NCBI GenBank assembly: GCA_002269645.1 | Contig: NIVC01003790.1 | Coordinates: forward strand, 12,599-76,598 | Direction of reading: 5' to 3' | Source of the DNA: Macrostomum lignano | Taxonomy: Eukaryota | Length of the DNA: 64,000 nt | Part shown: one piece after another, positions 24,536 to 33,871 of the stretch | How positions within the stretch are numbered: position 1 is the stretch's first letter | Layout of the letters: every line of letters begins with the position of its first letter | The notes under the pieces: model-generated | Told to the model about the DNA's origin: nothing | What the model saw: only the letters and a program-made list of their open reading frames with translations | Databases searched by the model: none | Made by a program: the position numbers and the translations under genes

Positions 24536-26547
24536 TCAAAAACGAACGAACTTATTAAAACCGGCCGGCACGTCAGCGGCGAGGCCCAAAAAGAACAGTA
24601 GTTTCAATATGGCCAGTTCTAACGATGAAGCGTGCGGCGGATGAGGCGGAAGAGCAGCGGCCGTTCGACGGGCGACCTCCTTTATGGCCCGCTGCCTCTC
24701 GTCAGGTGAGGCGGCTCGGAAATCCGCTCTGATTCCTTCTGGCCAACTTTGGCAGAGCTGCCCCTTTTGTCCGGCTGATACTAGGAGCTCAGTGAGGATG
24801 ATGATGGCCTTCTCGGTGATGGAGCTCGGGCGATCGCTCTGCGTTTCTGCATCCACTAGCTGCGGTCGAGCCCGGATAGCAGCGCTAATCGCCTCCGCGA
24901 GTTCGGTCCGGCTGAATAGGCGGGGCGGCGACGGCACCGGTGACGGTCGGCGGAATCGAGGGGTCGACGGCGTGGGCGGCGTTGGGACCTCGTCCAGATT
25001 GACGACGTCGGGTTGCGGCGGTGGTGTCAATACACCCAAATAGTGCCCTGGCGGTGGCGAGAGTGACGGAGGCGGCGTGTGCAGCACATCCTCCCTTGGA
25101 TTCAGAAGATCCGGCGGATGCTCATTCGGCGAGACCTGCTTTCCCACGACGTCCTGGATAGGAGGCAGCAGATCTTCACCGGACTCTTCCTGCAGGGAGC
25201 TACTCAGGCTACCAAGCAAGTCGAGCAGTTCTCCGTCAGGCGCTTGAGCCTCACCCGATTGCTGCGGATTAGGAGTGCCTTGCACTGGCCGGCTGGGCGC
25301 TCCTCCCTGATGGTCGGCGGTAGCTGGAAGTCGGGCATCGAATGGACTAGCTAGGGCCGGATTTAATCTACGGCGAATGACCTCCGCCCTTTCGTTGGCA
25401 ACCGCGAGACGATCCTCCAACGATGAGGGCTGCAGCGGAGCGAGTCGGCGTACCTCGATCCGAGGCTCCTGTCTGCGCTGATCGTCCCAACGACTGCGGC
25501 GCCTATGCGTCGTGTCCTGGGCCGGCGTCGGTAGGGCTTGCGTTCGGCGAAGCGGCAGGGCAGGCCGCGTGCGCTTCCGGCCACTAGCTGGTGAGGGCGT
25601 CCAGTGAGAACACCTCAGTTTTCCAAGCTGAAATTTGCGCCATTGAGCAGTGTGCCCAGCAACTGTTTCAGGCGAACATTAATAATTTTGACATTAATTT
25701 CTACACTGATAGCCAAGCTGCTATTAAGGCCTTAACCACTGAGAATATCTCCGCTGCTACAGTATCTCAATGCCACCGCAGTGTGCAATCTCTCTCAGTC
25801 CTTAACAGGATTAGAATTATCTGGACACCTGGTCACAGCAACATCCTGGGCAACGAGCTCGCGGACTCTCTCGCCAAGGAGGGCAGCAACCCAGACGGCA
25901 ACCACCGTCTGATGAGGCTACCCACCCCCAGGTCGCAAGTCACCCGCCATATCAACAGGTGGCTCCATCAGCAGCACCAGCTCCACTGGAACAGCTGCAC
26001 CGAGTACAGGCAGAGCCGCTCTGCCATGCCTAACCTGAACAGGAAAGTCTCTGATTATCTGATTTCGCTTAACAGAACCGACCTCAGGGAGATGTGCATG
26101 GTCCTAACCGGCCACGGATTCTTCCAGAGACATATATCGTTGCAAACCGGTTGCCCTCCCACCTGTCCCTTCTGTGGCATAGGAGAGGAGACCGCGGAGC
26201 ATCACGTCACCTTCTGCCCTTACTTCAACAAGGCGCGGCACAAATACCTCGGCCACCCCCAGCGGATGGACGAGCTGACCACCGCGGACAATATCCGAGA
26301 CCTCCGCGCCTTCGTCCGGGACTCCGGCCGGATGAGGGTCGCCGATGCCTCCACTGCGGACCTGCCGACTACTGGCGGGGACTGGGCGCACCCCCAAGGC
26401 TAATCCTTGTGCTCTTTTACCTTGGGGTTGCGATAGGGGCCTCGCGGCCTATTCGCGGCGCCTGCGCCCCCCGTCAGTAGTAGTAGTAGTAGAGGGCGTC
26501 CTAGAAGGCTCGCGGTCGCGCCTCTTCCGGTTTTCTTTACCCGTCAT
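24536..26547 (-). CDS. Gypsy accessory ORF3 (370 aa once the nested LINE and one TSD copy are removed); unknown function
   Basis: ATG at 26547; 26547-26492 joins 25592-24536 in an open frame (1113 nt), giving [29 protein letters not shown]...[14 protein letters not shown]...FNKFVRF*. Confidence 0.8.
25603..26491 (+). mobile_element. 5'-truncated non-LTR retrotransposon (I/R1/LOA-like: RNase H + CCHC) nested antisense in the Gypsy element
   Basis: 10-bp TSD gagggcgtcc at 25593-25602 and 26492-26501. ORF to 26403 has AEI..YTDSQ..WTPGH..GNELAD (RNase H lacking its first Asp) and CPFC-x8-H-x4-C. Short 3' UTR and (TAG)n tail. Confidence 0.92.
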
Positions 26548-26553
26548 GCTGCT

Positions 26554-29500
26554 TTAATGTTGCTTTACAGCGCTGGAACAGGCACGAGGCCGGCGAAAAA
26601 GGTTGATTAACCGGCTCAAGTAGGACTTTGACTTTGGTTTAAGAACCAAGCGGTCAGGTTCCTTTCGAGCCCTAACTGGCCTGTCATTGACGGCCCATTC
26701 GACTTGACTAGTTGATGGCAAATTGGCCGACAAAACATGACTATTATTTGGCAAATTGGCCGACATAACATGACTATTACATTGATTATTCCTATCAGAG
26801 TCTAGGTTAAACCTATCGCTAATTTCAATTTCAGGTCGCCTCTGCGTTTCAACTGTAGGAGCGGATGGAGCGTCGCAAGAATCATACGGCAGTGACTCAA
26901 GCTCAACTCTATTCTCCATAACTTCAGGTTCCTGGATGCGGACTTCGGTTGGACGCGCGCCTGGCTGAGCAGCTGATCGGAGTCGCCAGCGATAGGCGGG
27001 TCTCGTGTCCAGGTCGTCTTCTTCGTCAGAGTCCTCAGAGATGGCGGGGAGTGTCGCAGCTCCGGCGTCAGCCTGTCGAACTCGGCGTTGCTTCTTCGGC
27101 TCAGCTGGCCCTTCGAGATCTGCAATTGGATAATCTGAAGTGGGCACAAGGAGGAGGTTCCGGCGATGAACTACCATCTCGTCCGGTCGTTCTCGAGGGT
27201 GTCGAACTTTCCGTCGAATCTTGTAGACGACCTCTCCTTTGCTTTCCACCACTTCGTACAACGATCTCCTTGGCCTGTGAAATTTTGCTGCTTCGTCGTC
27301 GTGTAGGACCGGGTTGTTCAAGAAGACGAGATCTCCCGGCTGTAGCTTCTTAGCTGCTGGTCGGTTCTCGTAGTGCTCGTCTCGCGCTTGCTGATGCAGG
27401 CCTAGCCGTTCCTTGGCGAGGTCCGTGGCGTGCTTGAGGCGTTGGTGAAACTCTGCGACGTAATCAGGCAGGTTAGCGTACTCCGGGAGTAGCTTCAATG
27501 AGTTGTCGAGAGGCATCCTGTATTCTCGGCCATAGACTAAGAAGTAAGGCGTATAGCCTGTGACTGGATGAACGCTGGATCGAAGAGCAATCATGCACGC
27601 TGGCAGAAATGTGTCCCAATCGCGATGATCGTGCTCGAGGAGACATGTCAGAATGCTCTTGATCTGCTTGTTCAGATTTTCTACCAGTCCGTTGGATGCT
27701 GGGTTGTACGGCGTCGTTGTCGTGTGCCTGATCGCGTAGAGATCACAGAACTTCTTGAAGGCGTTTCCTGTAAAGTTCGTGCCTTGGTCCGTGTGAATCC
27801 AAGCTGGAACTCCGTATTCTGGAATAAATCGGTCCTGTAGTAATCGTATAACGGTTTTAGCTTTCTGATTTCTCATCGGATAAGCTATCGGAAACTTTGA
27901 TGTCGCACAGCAGAGTGTCAGGATGTATCGATGACCTCCTTTGGACGGTTGCGCAATCGGTCCGATCACATCCATGTGAAGTCTTCCAAAAACTTCGCAG
28001 ACTGGAAAACTCTGGACTGGCACTTGCTGTTTTCGTCGTGACTTGCTCTCTAGGCAGGTTCGGCATTTGCTGACGTAGGTCTCAATGGCTCGGACTAGAC
28101 CTGTTCGCCAGAATCTTTCGCGCACACGTTGGGCGGTCTTTCGCTGTCCTTGGTGTCCTGCTAAAGGCGAATTGTGGAGCTCGTTAAAAACTTCGTTGTC
28201 GAGAGCTACTGGTAAGACAATCTTCGGTGGAGTGTCTTTTTCCGTCATGTTGATCATGAGTAGATCTCGCTCGAGGAATAGTAACTCGTAGTATCCAAGC
28301 AGATTCCGTTGCTCTCTGCTAAGTCGTAATCGATCGTCAAACGCTGGTTTCGGTTGATTCTCCTTGATCAACTTGTAAACGTAGCCAATAGCTGGGTCAT
28401 CCTGTTGAGCTTTGATGAGCTTGTCGCGCGGCAATGGCGGCTTCAGATGATCCGTAAGCAATGCTCGGCAGCGCGGCAGACTTTGAGAAGTTGCGAGCTG
28501 GGGAGATGCTTCAGCTGTACGTGCTCTGTCTTCCTCGTATGCAGACTTCGTCACCTCTGCATAGGAACGCGTCGGTTTCGGCGTAGGACGAAGGCGCGTC
28601 ATGGCGCAAGACATATCGTCCACGCGTTGATAATGGGTGGTCGGCTGCAGGCTCATGGAAGAGCAACGAGACGGCTCGACCTGCTGAGTCTGTCGGCTCA
28701 TGGAAGAGCAGCGGGACTCCTCAGCGGTAAATTTTCGACCGAGATCTGAACAGTGGCGCTCGACTGGGAGGGCTGCTGGAGCGGTGGCCTCCGAATCTTC
28801 GTCCAAGTCAGTCTCCAAACTCTGTAGGTAGACCTGATGGCTGTCGTTGGAGAGGGCTGAGGGTACAGTGGCCTCTTGAACTTCATCCAGATTGGTCTCC
28901 TTGAAGTGACGGCGAGCGTGGGTGGCTCGGCAGAGGGCTGCTGGTGCGGTGGCCTCTGTGTCTTCATCCAAGCTTGCTGTCTCCTGGCTTCGACGTGAAC
29001 AGTGGAGAACTCGGCAGAGGGCTGCAGGTGCGGTGGCCTCTGGTTCGTTGTCCAAGTCGGTCTCTGCCTCTGGATCGCGATTGTGGGTCTTGATTGAGAA
29101 GGCTGCTGGTGCGGTGGCCTCTGAATCGATGCCCGGATCAGTTTCCTTAATGCGGCGACACTCACGCTGAGTGGTGTCTCCTGTCTCCTCGCGGTGGCAA
29201 GCCAGGACAGCGTCGACGTCTTGGAGTACTCCGTAATCGCATTCTAACGGAAGCGTGTCCGGGCGTCTTGATAGCGCGTCGGCGTTGGTGTGGTCAGTAC
29301 CCTTGCGATGGGAGATGGTGAACTGAAATTCGCTGATCCTCTGGACCCATCGACCTAGAATCCCTGTAGATTCAGTCTGACGTAACAGCCAGAGCAAGGC
29401 CTTATGGTCACTTCTTACTTCAAACTTCTTTCCTATTAGGTATTCTCGAAAGTGTCGCATGGCATCGACAATAGCCAGTAGCTCCCGCTTGGTGACCGTG

Positions 29501-30480
29501 TAGCGAACTTCCGGGTCACGGAGCTTGCGACTGAAAAAGGCGATCGGTCGTTCTATTCCATCGGATTGTAGTTGTCCTAGACATGCACCGATTCGGGTGT
29601 CGGATGCGTCGGTATCCAGGATGAACTTGACCTTCGGATCCTCATTGAACTCTGGGAGGGCGAGTACTTCGGTTGAGCATAGCTTGCTCTTCAGAGTCTC
29701 AAAGGCAGTCTGATGCTGCTGCGTCCAATGACGCTGGAATCCTTGCAGGTCCTTGCGTGTCAATGCGTGTAACGGGGCAGCAATGCCCGAGTAATCCTCG
29801 ACGAACTTCTTGTAGTAATTGGCGAGACCAAGAAAGCTTCGTAGTTGACGAACAGTCCGAGGCGTTGGCCAACTGCGTATCTGCTCAATCTTGTCTTCGC
29901 TTGTCCGTAGGCCTTCCGGCGTAATCACGTGGCCTAGATAGTGGAGCTCCTTCTTGAATAAATGGCATTTCTTCGGCTTTAGCTTCAAGTTGGCGGCTAT
30001 GATTCGGTTTAGGACTTGTCGTAGACGGTCTAAGTGATCTTCGAACGTCACTGCGTGTACAACGATGTCGTCCATGTAACCAAGAGCGGCCTGCGGTGCT
30101 AGTCCTTCTAGCAGTTGGTTGATACAACGCTGGAACGATCCGGGGCTGTCGGTGAGTCCCATTGGTAGCACCTTGAAGCAGAATTGTCCACGATCGAGCA
30201 CAGAGAAGGCAGTGATGTCCTGGTCTTCCTCACGGAGAGGGATCTGGTAGAAACCTTGTACCAGGTCGAGGCTTGAGTACCACTGCGCTCCTTTGAGTTT
30301 GGCGAAAGTTTCCTGAATGTGCGGGATCGGGTACGGGTGCTTCAGCGTCACATCGTTGATCGCTCTGAAGTCGTGCACAATGCGAATCGTCTTGTCCTTC
30401 TTTGGTACTAGGATCATCGGCGAATTGTAACTGGAGTACGTTGGCCGAATGATGCCTTTCTTCAGCATATCGTCGAGCAT
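26554..30480 (-). CDS. pol: Gypsy pol: reverse transcriptase, RNase H, integrase
   Basis: YMDD; DTDASD RNase H; HHCC (H..GHQG..CRTC); D,D(35)E (HMDVIGP, TDQG, VENLN). In frame with the protease ORF across a single TGA at 30498-30496. Confidence 0.95.
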   Translation of the reverse strand: MLDDMLKKGIIRPTYSSYNSPMILVPKKDKTIRIVHDFRAINDVTLKHPYPIPHIQETFAKLKGAQWYSSLDLVQGFYQIPLREEDQDITAFSVLDRGQFCFKVLPMGLTDSPGSFQRCINQLLEGLAPQAALGYMDDIVVHAVTFEDHLDRLRQVLNRIIAANLKLKPKKCHLFKKELHYLGHVITPEGLRTSEDKIEQIRSWPTPRTVRQLRSFLGLANYYKKFVEDYSGIAAPLHALTRKDLQGFQRHWTQQHQTAFETLKSKLCSTEVLALPEFNEDPKVKFILDTDASDTRIGACLGQLQSDGIERPIAFFSRKLRDPEVRYTVTKRELLAIVDAMRHFREYLIGKKFEVRSDHKALLWLLRQTESTGILGRWVQRISEFQFTISHRKGTDHTNADALSRRPDTLPLECDYGVLQDVDAVLACHREETGDTTQRECRRIKETDPGIDSEATAPAAFSIKTHNRDPEAETDLDNEPEATAPAALCRVLHCSRRSQETASLDEDTEATAPAALCRATHARRHFKETNLDEVQEATVPSALSNDSHQVYLQSLETDLDEDSEATAPAALPVERHCSDLGRKFTAEESRCSSMSRQTQQVEPSRCSSMSLQPTTHYQRVDDMSCAMTRLRPTPKPTRSYAEVTKSAYEEDRARTAEASPQLATSQSLPRCRALLTDHLKPPLPRDKLIKAQQDDPAIGYVYKLIKENQPKPAFDDRLRLSREQRNLLGYYELLFLERDLLMINMTEKDTPPKIVLPVALDNEVFNELHNSPLAGHQGQRKTAQRVRERFWRTGLVRAIETYVSKCRTCLESKSRRKQQVPVQSFPVCEVFGRLHMDVIGPIAQPSKGGHRYILTLCCATSKFPIAYPMRNQKAKTVIRLLQDRFIPEYGVPAWIHTDQGTNFTGNAFKKFCDLYAIRHTTTTPYNPASNGLVENLNKQIKSILTCLLEHDHRDWDTFLPACMIALRSSVHPVTGYTPYFLVYGREYRMPLDNSLKLLPEYANLPDYVAEFHQRLKHATDLAKERLGLHQQARDEHYENRPAAKKLQPGDLVFLNNPVLHDDEAAKFHRPRRSLYEVVESKGEVVYKIRRKVRHPRERPDEMVVHRRNLLLVPTSDYPIADLEGPAEPKKQRRVRQADAGAATLPAISEDSDEEDDLDTRPAYRWRLRSAAQPGARPTEVRIQEPEVMENRVELESLPYDSCDAPSAPTVETQRRPEIEISDRFNLDSDRNNQCNSHVMSANLPNNSHVLSANLPSTSQVEWAVNDRPVRARKEPDRLVLKPKSKSYLSRLINLFRRPRACSSAVKQH

Positions 30481-30495
30481 CTGATCCAGTTGCGG

Positions 30496-31473
30496 TCATG
30501 GATGCGGAGGTATCCGGCGAGGAGGAATCGCGATTGGTGTCGAGTCGGTGAGCACTATCTCATGAGTTACCAGGTGTGTCAATCCGTGGTCCAACGGAGT
30601 TAGGGAGAATGCCTTCTCGCATTCCTTGAGTACTTCTTGAACCTGGTGCTTCTGGTGGCTGTTCAGCTGGTCTCCGACGTCGACCTCGTTGATCCTCGTT
30701 TCTTCTGTCGTTATCACTTGACGGACTTCTGGCTCATTCGACTCGCTGAAGTACTCGAGGTCCTGGGTCTTGAGTGGCGTGGCTACTCCCATTAGCATGT
30801 TGCGACGCAAGTGAACCTCCGTGTCTGATGGGTTGAGTACTTCCATCACTCCTCGACCTTCTGTCATCGTGTGCAGGACCGGGGCTGCGTCTAACTGGTG
30901 ATGCTTCGCTCGCAGTCCTGATTTGAGCGGTTCGATAATCATCGGTGAACCGTAGTTCTGCTGATGACCTTCGGCTAGTTTAATGGCGACGAGGCAGGAA
31001 CATTGAGGCGGCAGAGTGCATTTTTCAGCGACGTACACTCGGCAGGCTTTCAGTTCTCTCCTTGAATAGCGTACCGGAAGTCGGGTGCCTTGTCGGAATG
31101 TGAGCATTCCTTGCTGGAAGTCCAGTCCTTGGCAATGACTCCGCATGAAATCAATTCCTAAAAGATTTTCACAGTCTCCTTCGGCGACGAAGAATTCGGT
31201 TTCCGCGACATAGTCCCCGAATTCAATTGATAGGATAACCTTGGCGGCGAGACTTAACTCGGTCCCGTCGTACATAGCGACTCGGTTAGGATAAGCAGGT
31301 GCGACTATACAACGTGGTGAACGACGCCTAATGGCGGCCCAAGTGGACGCTCCGAGGAAGTTTCTTCTGCTTCCGCTGTCTAGCAGAAAGGCGACATCTC
31401 GTCGAGCCACTCGTCCTGTAATAAATGGGTCGGCGTCACGCGCATGGACAGTATTTACAAAGGAGGCGTCCAC
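30496..31473 (-). CDS. Gypsy aspartic protease region of pol
   Basis: FLLDSGSRRNF active site and LLGIDF motif; ends at PIAIPPRRIPPHP, the usual lead-in to RT. Confidence 0.9.
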   Translation of the reverse strand: MDASFVNTVHARDADPFITGRVARRDVAFLLDSGSRRNFLGASTWAAIRRRSPRCIVAPAYPNRVAMYDGTELSLAAKVILSIEFGDYVAETEFFVAEGDCENLLGIDFMRSHCQGLDFQQGMLTFRQGTRLPVRYSRRELKACRVYVAEKCTLPPQCSCLVAIKLAEGHQQNYGSPMIIEPLKSGLRAKHHQLDAAPVLHTMTEGRGVMEVLNPSDTEVHLRRNMLMGVATPLKTQDLEYFSESNEPEVRQVITTEETRINEVDVGDQLNSHQKHQVQEVLKECEKAFSLTPLDHGLTHLVTHEIVLTDSTPIAIPPRRIPPHP

Positions 31474-31519
31474 GAAACCTCCATCGTCCGTTTCTTCGAT
31501 TACTGACGACTCGGACGAG

Positions 31520-32677
31520 TCAGCTGCCGCGGCTGCGGGCCATACTCTTCCGGGGCGTGTTCGGTGTCGGCTGCATAGCCTGGGCTGGAGCTCGGGGGGC
31601 GTTGCCGTTTACGTCCTCCGGCCGGCCGTTTCCCGTAAACTGCTGAGATGATTGGCGTCTGTACGGACAATCTCTCGCCTTGTGTCCGTCTTGATTACAC
31701 TCGTAGCACGTGTAGTGCGGCGGTCGGTTCGCTTGACCGATCACTTGATTGGCTGTGACTTGCTGAGCCAACGTGTTAAGCAGATGCTGCTGCTGCTGCA
31801 TCATTGCGGCTTGTTGCTCAACGACCTTTTCCAACTTCGAGAGGGCGCTGTTGTTGGGCTCCTTTGAGGCTTGTCCCTCCCCGTCCAACATTCTGACCGG
31901 GGGCTCCTTCGAACGATGAGCCAGGTCTTTGGCTAATTCCATCCTCTTCAGTGCTCGCAAGGCTTCGCTGAGTGTCGTAGGTCGGATCCAGAAAAGTTTC
32001 TCGCGGCAGTCTGATGACTTGCGAATCCCGCGCAGGAACTGGTCAATCAGTTCTTGCTCTAGATGGCGAGGCTCGAGCCAAGGGAAGGCTTGCTCTCCTA
32101 GCTCCTGCAGAGCATCGGCGTAATCTTCCGTTGATTCGTTCTTGCGCTGGCTGCGACCTCTGAATTCCTCTCGATATTCGTCTGGTCCTGAGAGTCGTGC
32201 GAATCTCTCTATTAGCCGTTGCTGAAGCTGTCGATAGCTGATGCGGTCGGGCAGCCTCATGCGAAGTACCGCAGCGTAGGCCGAATTTAGGTCTAAATTC
32301 GCCAGCAATTGGGCCTTCTTGTCGTCTTCATCCTGTAGATCTTCTGCCTCGCATCGTAGGTCGAAAGCCTTTAGCCAAACGCGGATGTCCTGCGATGGCG
32401 TATAGCTCTTCATCTTGACTTGCTTCTTAGGCTGTAGATCGAGCTGACGTTGCATGGCCTGCAGCATCCTGCGGATCATGTCCGGGTTGGTGTCACGTCC
32501 GAGGTTGTTGAGTCCTGCAAATGGATCTTCCTCCTCCTCTCTTGAGTCGTCTCTAAAATTAAATCTTAAACCACATGGTATGGGCGAACCTGCAGCAGCT
32601 GCGGCGGAGTTTCCGTTGTCCTGACGCGTGTGCTGCTGATCACCGATGAGATCTTCTCGATCACTGTCGTGAGACAT
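31520..32677 (-). CDS. gag: Gypsy gag, 385 aa
   Basis: Capsid-like region (FRGRSQRKNESTEDYADALQEL..LIDQFLRGI) and CCHC knuckle CYECNQDGHKARDC. Confidence 0.92.
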   Translation of the reverse strand: MSHDSDREDLIGDQQHTRQDNGNSAAAAAGSPIPCGLRFNFRDDSREEEEDPFAGLNNLGRDTNPDMIRRMLQAMQRQLDLQPKKQVKMKSYTPSQDIRVWLKAFDLRCEAEDLQDEDDKKAQLLANLDLNSAYAAVLRMRLPDRISYRQLQQRLIERFARLSGPDEYREEFRGRSQRKNESTEDYADALQELGEQAFPWLEPRHLEQELIDQFLRGIRKSSDCREKLFWIRPTTLSEALRALKRMELAKDLAHRSKEPPVRMLDGEGQASKEPNNSALSKLEKVVEQQAAMMQQQQHLLNTLAQQVTANQVIGQANRPPHYTCYECNQDGHKARDCPYRRQSSQQFTGNGRPEDVNGNAPRAPAQAMQPTPNTPRKSMARSRGS

Positions 32678-32871
32678 CTTGATGCTGACTTAGTCGTGGT
32701 AGGCGTGACTGATGACGTGTCCGAAAGGGTGATAGTTGAGTGGCGTTGACGTCGATTCGGTGACGTTCTCCTGCTTGCTTGTTGTATCCCGTATCTCGGA
32801 TCCTTTGTCTCGAATCTCGAATCCTTTGTCTCGAATCTCGAATCTCAAATCCTTTGTCTCGAATCTCGAAT

Positions 32872-32889
32872 CTCACCGCTGTTCCACCA
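32872..32889 (-). other. Primer binding site TGGTGGAACAGCGGTGAG
   Basis: 1 nt from the 5' LTR end; starts TGG. TGGTGGA is compatible with tRNA-Ala 3' ends (inference). Followed by short gattcgagacaaag repeats in the leader. Confidence 0.75.
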
Positions 32890-32890
32890 G

Positions 32891-33871
32891 TGTAACGTTT
32901 GGTTGTCTCTTGGTTGTCTCGAGGTGGCCTGGCAGGTCTTTGTATCCCACCGCTGCCACCAGTGAAGTACTTCTCCTTCTCGGGTTCTCGAAGATGTTCC
33001 TGAAAATGGAACCCGCTGCTCCTGAAGAAGCTAGATAGCACCGCAGTACTACCTATCGATTTGCCTGAAAATGAAACTAAAACGTGCCGTTACTTGGTAG
33101 GGTTGCTGCCACCTTGGTGTGCGGACTCGACGCGTCGGCAGAGTTGTCTATCCGTCACCTGAAAGAAAATTAACAAAGTCGCTCGGAGCAAAGGCAAATC
33201 TGAAAAATGTCTCGACAGTCGATCGTCTTAGTAAATGCTGCTCGAACCTGAAAACCTGTAAAACCTGAAATGAGAGAGGAGAGCTCGGAGGCAGAGGCTT
33301 CACGAGTTAGCCACAATGCTCCGCGAGACGACGCCGTCTGGAGAAAAATGGCTCGCAGATGCTCCGTATTTATAGCCGAGCGGACCCCCAAAAGTCACGT
33401 GAGTTTCATGCGGTGAGCGCGTGAAACTTCCTTATTTGGGCATTGGAATCATGCGAACGACGCGTGATCCAAGGCCAACTTCCAAATAAGGCAAGCCTGT
33501 CACGCAGCAGTGGCGTGACTCAAGGTCAGTGGCCACGCACAGTGTGCGTGCACAGTCACGTGCTTAGTCTGTGCTAAAAATAGAAACGTGGGCGGATGAG
33601 TCATCCTGTTTACTCCCTCTAGGCAGCCCTTACACTCCGCGCAGGTGATGAGTCATCCTGCTACGCCTCCTCAGCGCGAGTGGGAAGACATTGAGTGTGG
33701 CTGCCCGCGCCCGCTCAGGCGATGAGTCATCGGGCAGTAAACACTTAGGCCCAGCACAGGGTATCTCTCTCACTAGATCAGGTGGACTGAGCCACTGTGC
33801 AGCGGATCACAGCGCCCTTAGGGAAAGCTAGTGAATGCTGCTGAATAGCCAGTTAGCAGCCAGTCACTACA
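32891..33871 (-). repeat. 5' LTR
   Basis: Direct repeat of 23035-24015; TATAAAT on the minus strand at 33374-33368. Confidence 0.97.
33368..33729 (-). promoter_or_regulatory. U3 promoter/enhancer: TATA, 2 CArG, MEF2, GC box, 3 AP-1 sites, 2 E-boxes
   Basis: ccttatttgg 33430-33439, ccaaataagg 33482-33491, ctaaaaatag 33574-33583, tgagtca 33597/33649/33723 (each within gatgagtcatc), cacgtg x2. Same sites occur in the 3' LTR. Function is inferred. Confidence 0.6.

Larger units (their letters stand above)
23035..33871 (-). mobile_element. Full-length Ty3/Gypsy LTR retrotransposon, recent insertion
   Basis: 981-bp LTRs at 23035-24015 and 32891-33871 (TG...CA; no difference seen by eye). 4-bp TSD ACTT at 23031-23034 and 33872-33875. 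PBS and PPT present; domain order gag-PR-RT-RH-IN. Confidence 0.97.

Noticed and set aside
25591-26403. RNase H ORF as a native second RNase H gene of the Gypsy element
   Set aside because: It is antisense, bounded by a TSD and (TAG)n tail, lacks an ATG and the first catalytic Asp, and interrupts ORF3.
24536-26547. ORF3 as an envelope gene
   Set aside because: No signal peptide, furin site, Cys-rich ectodomain or clear TM anchor; it is basic and Pro-rich instead.
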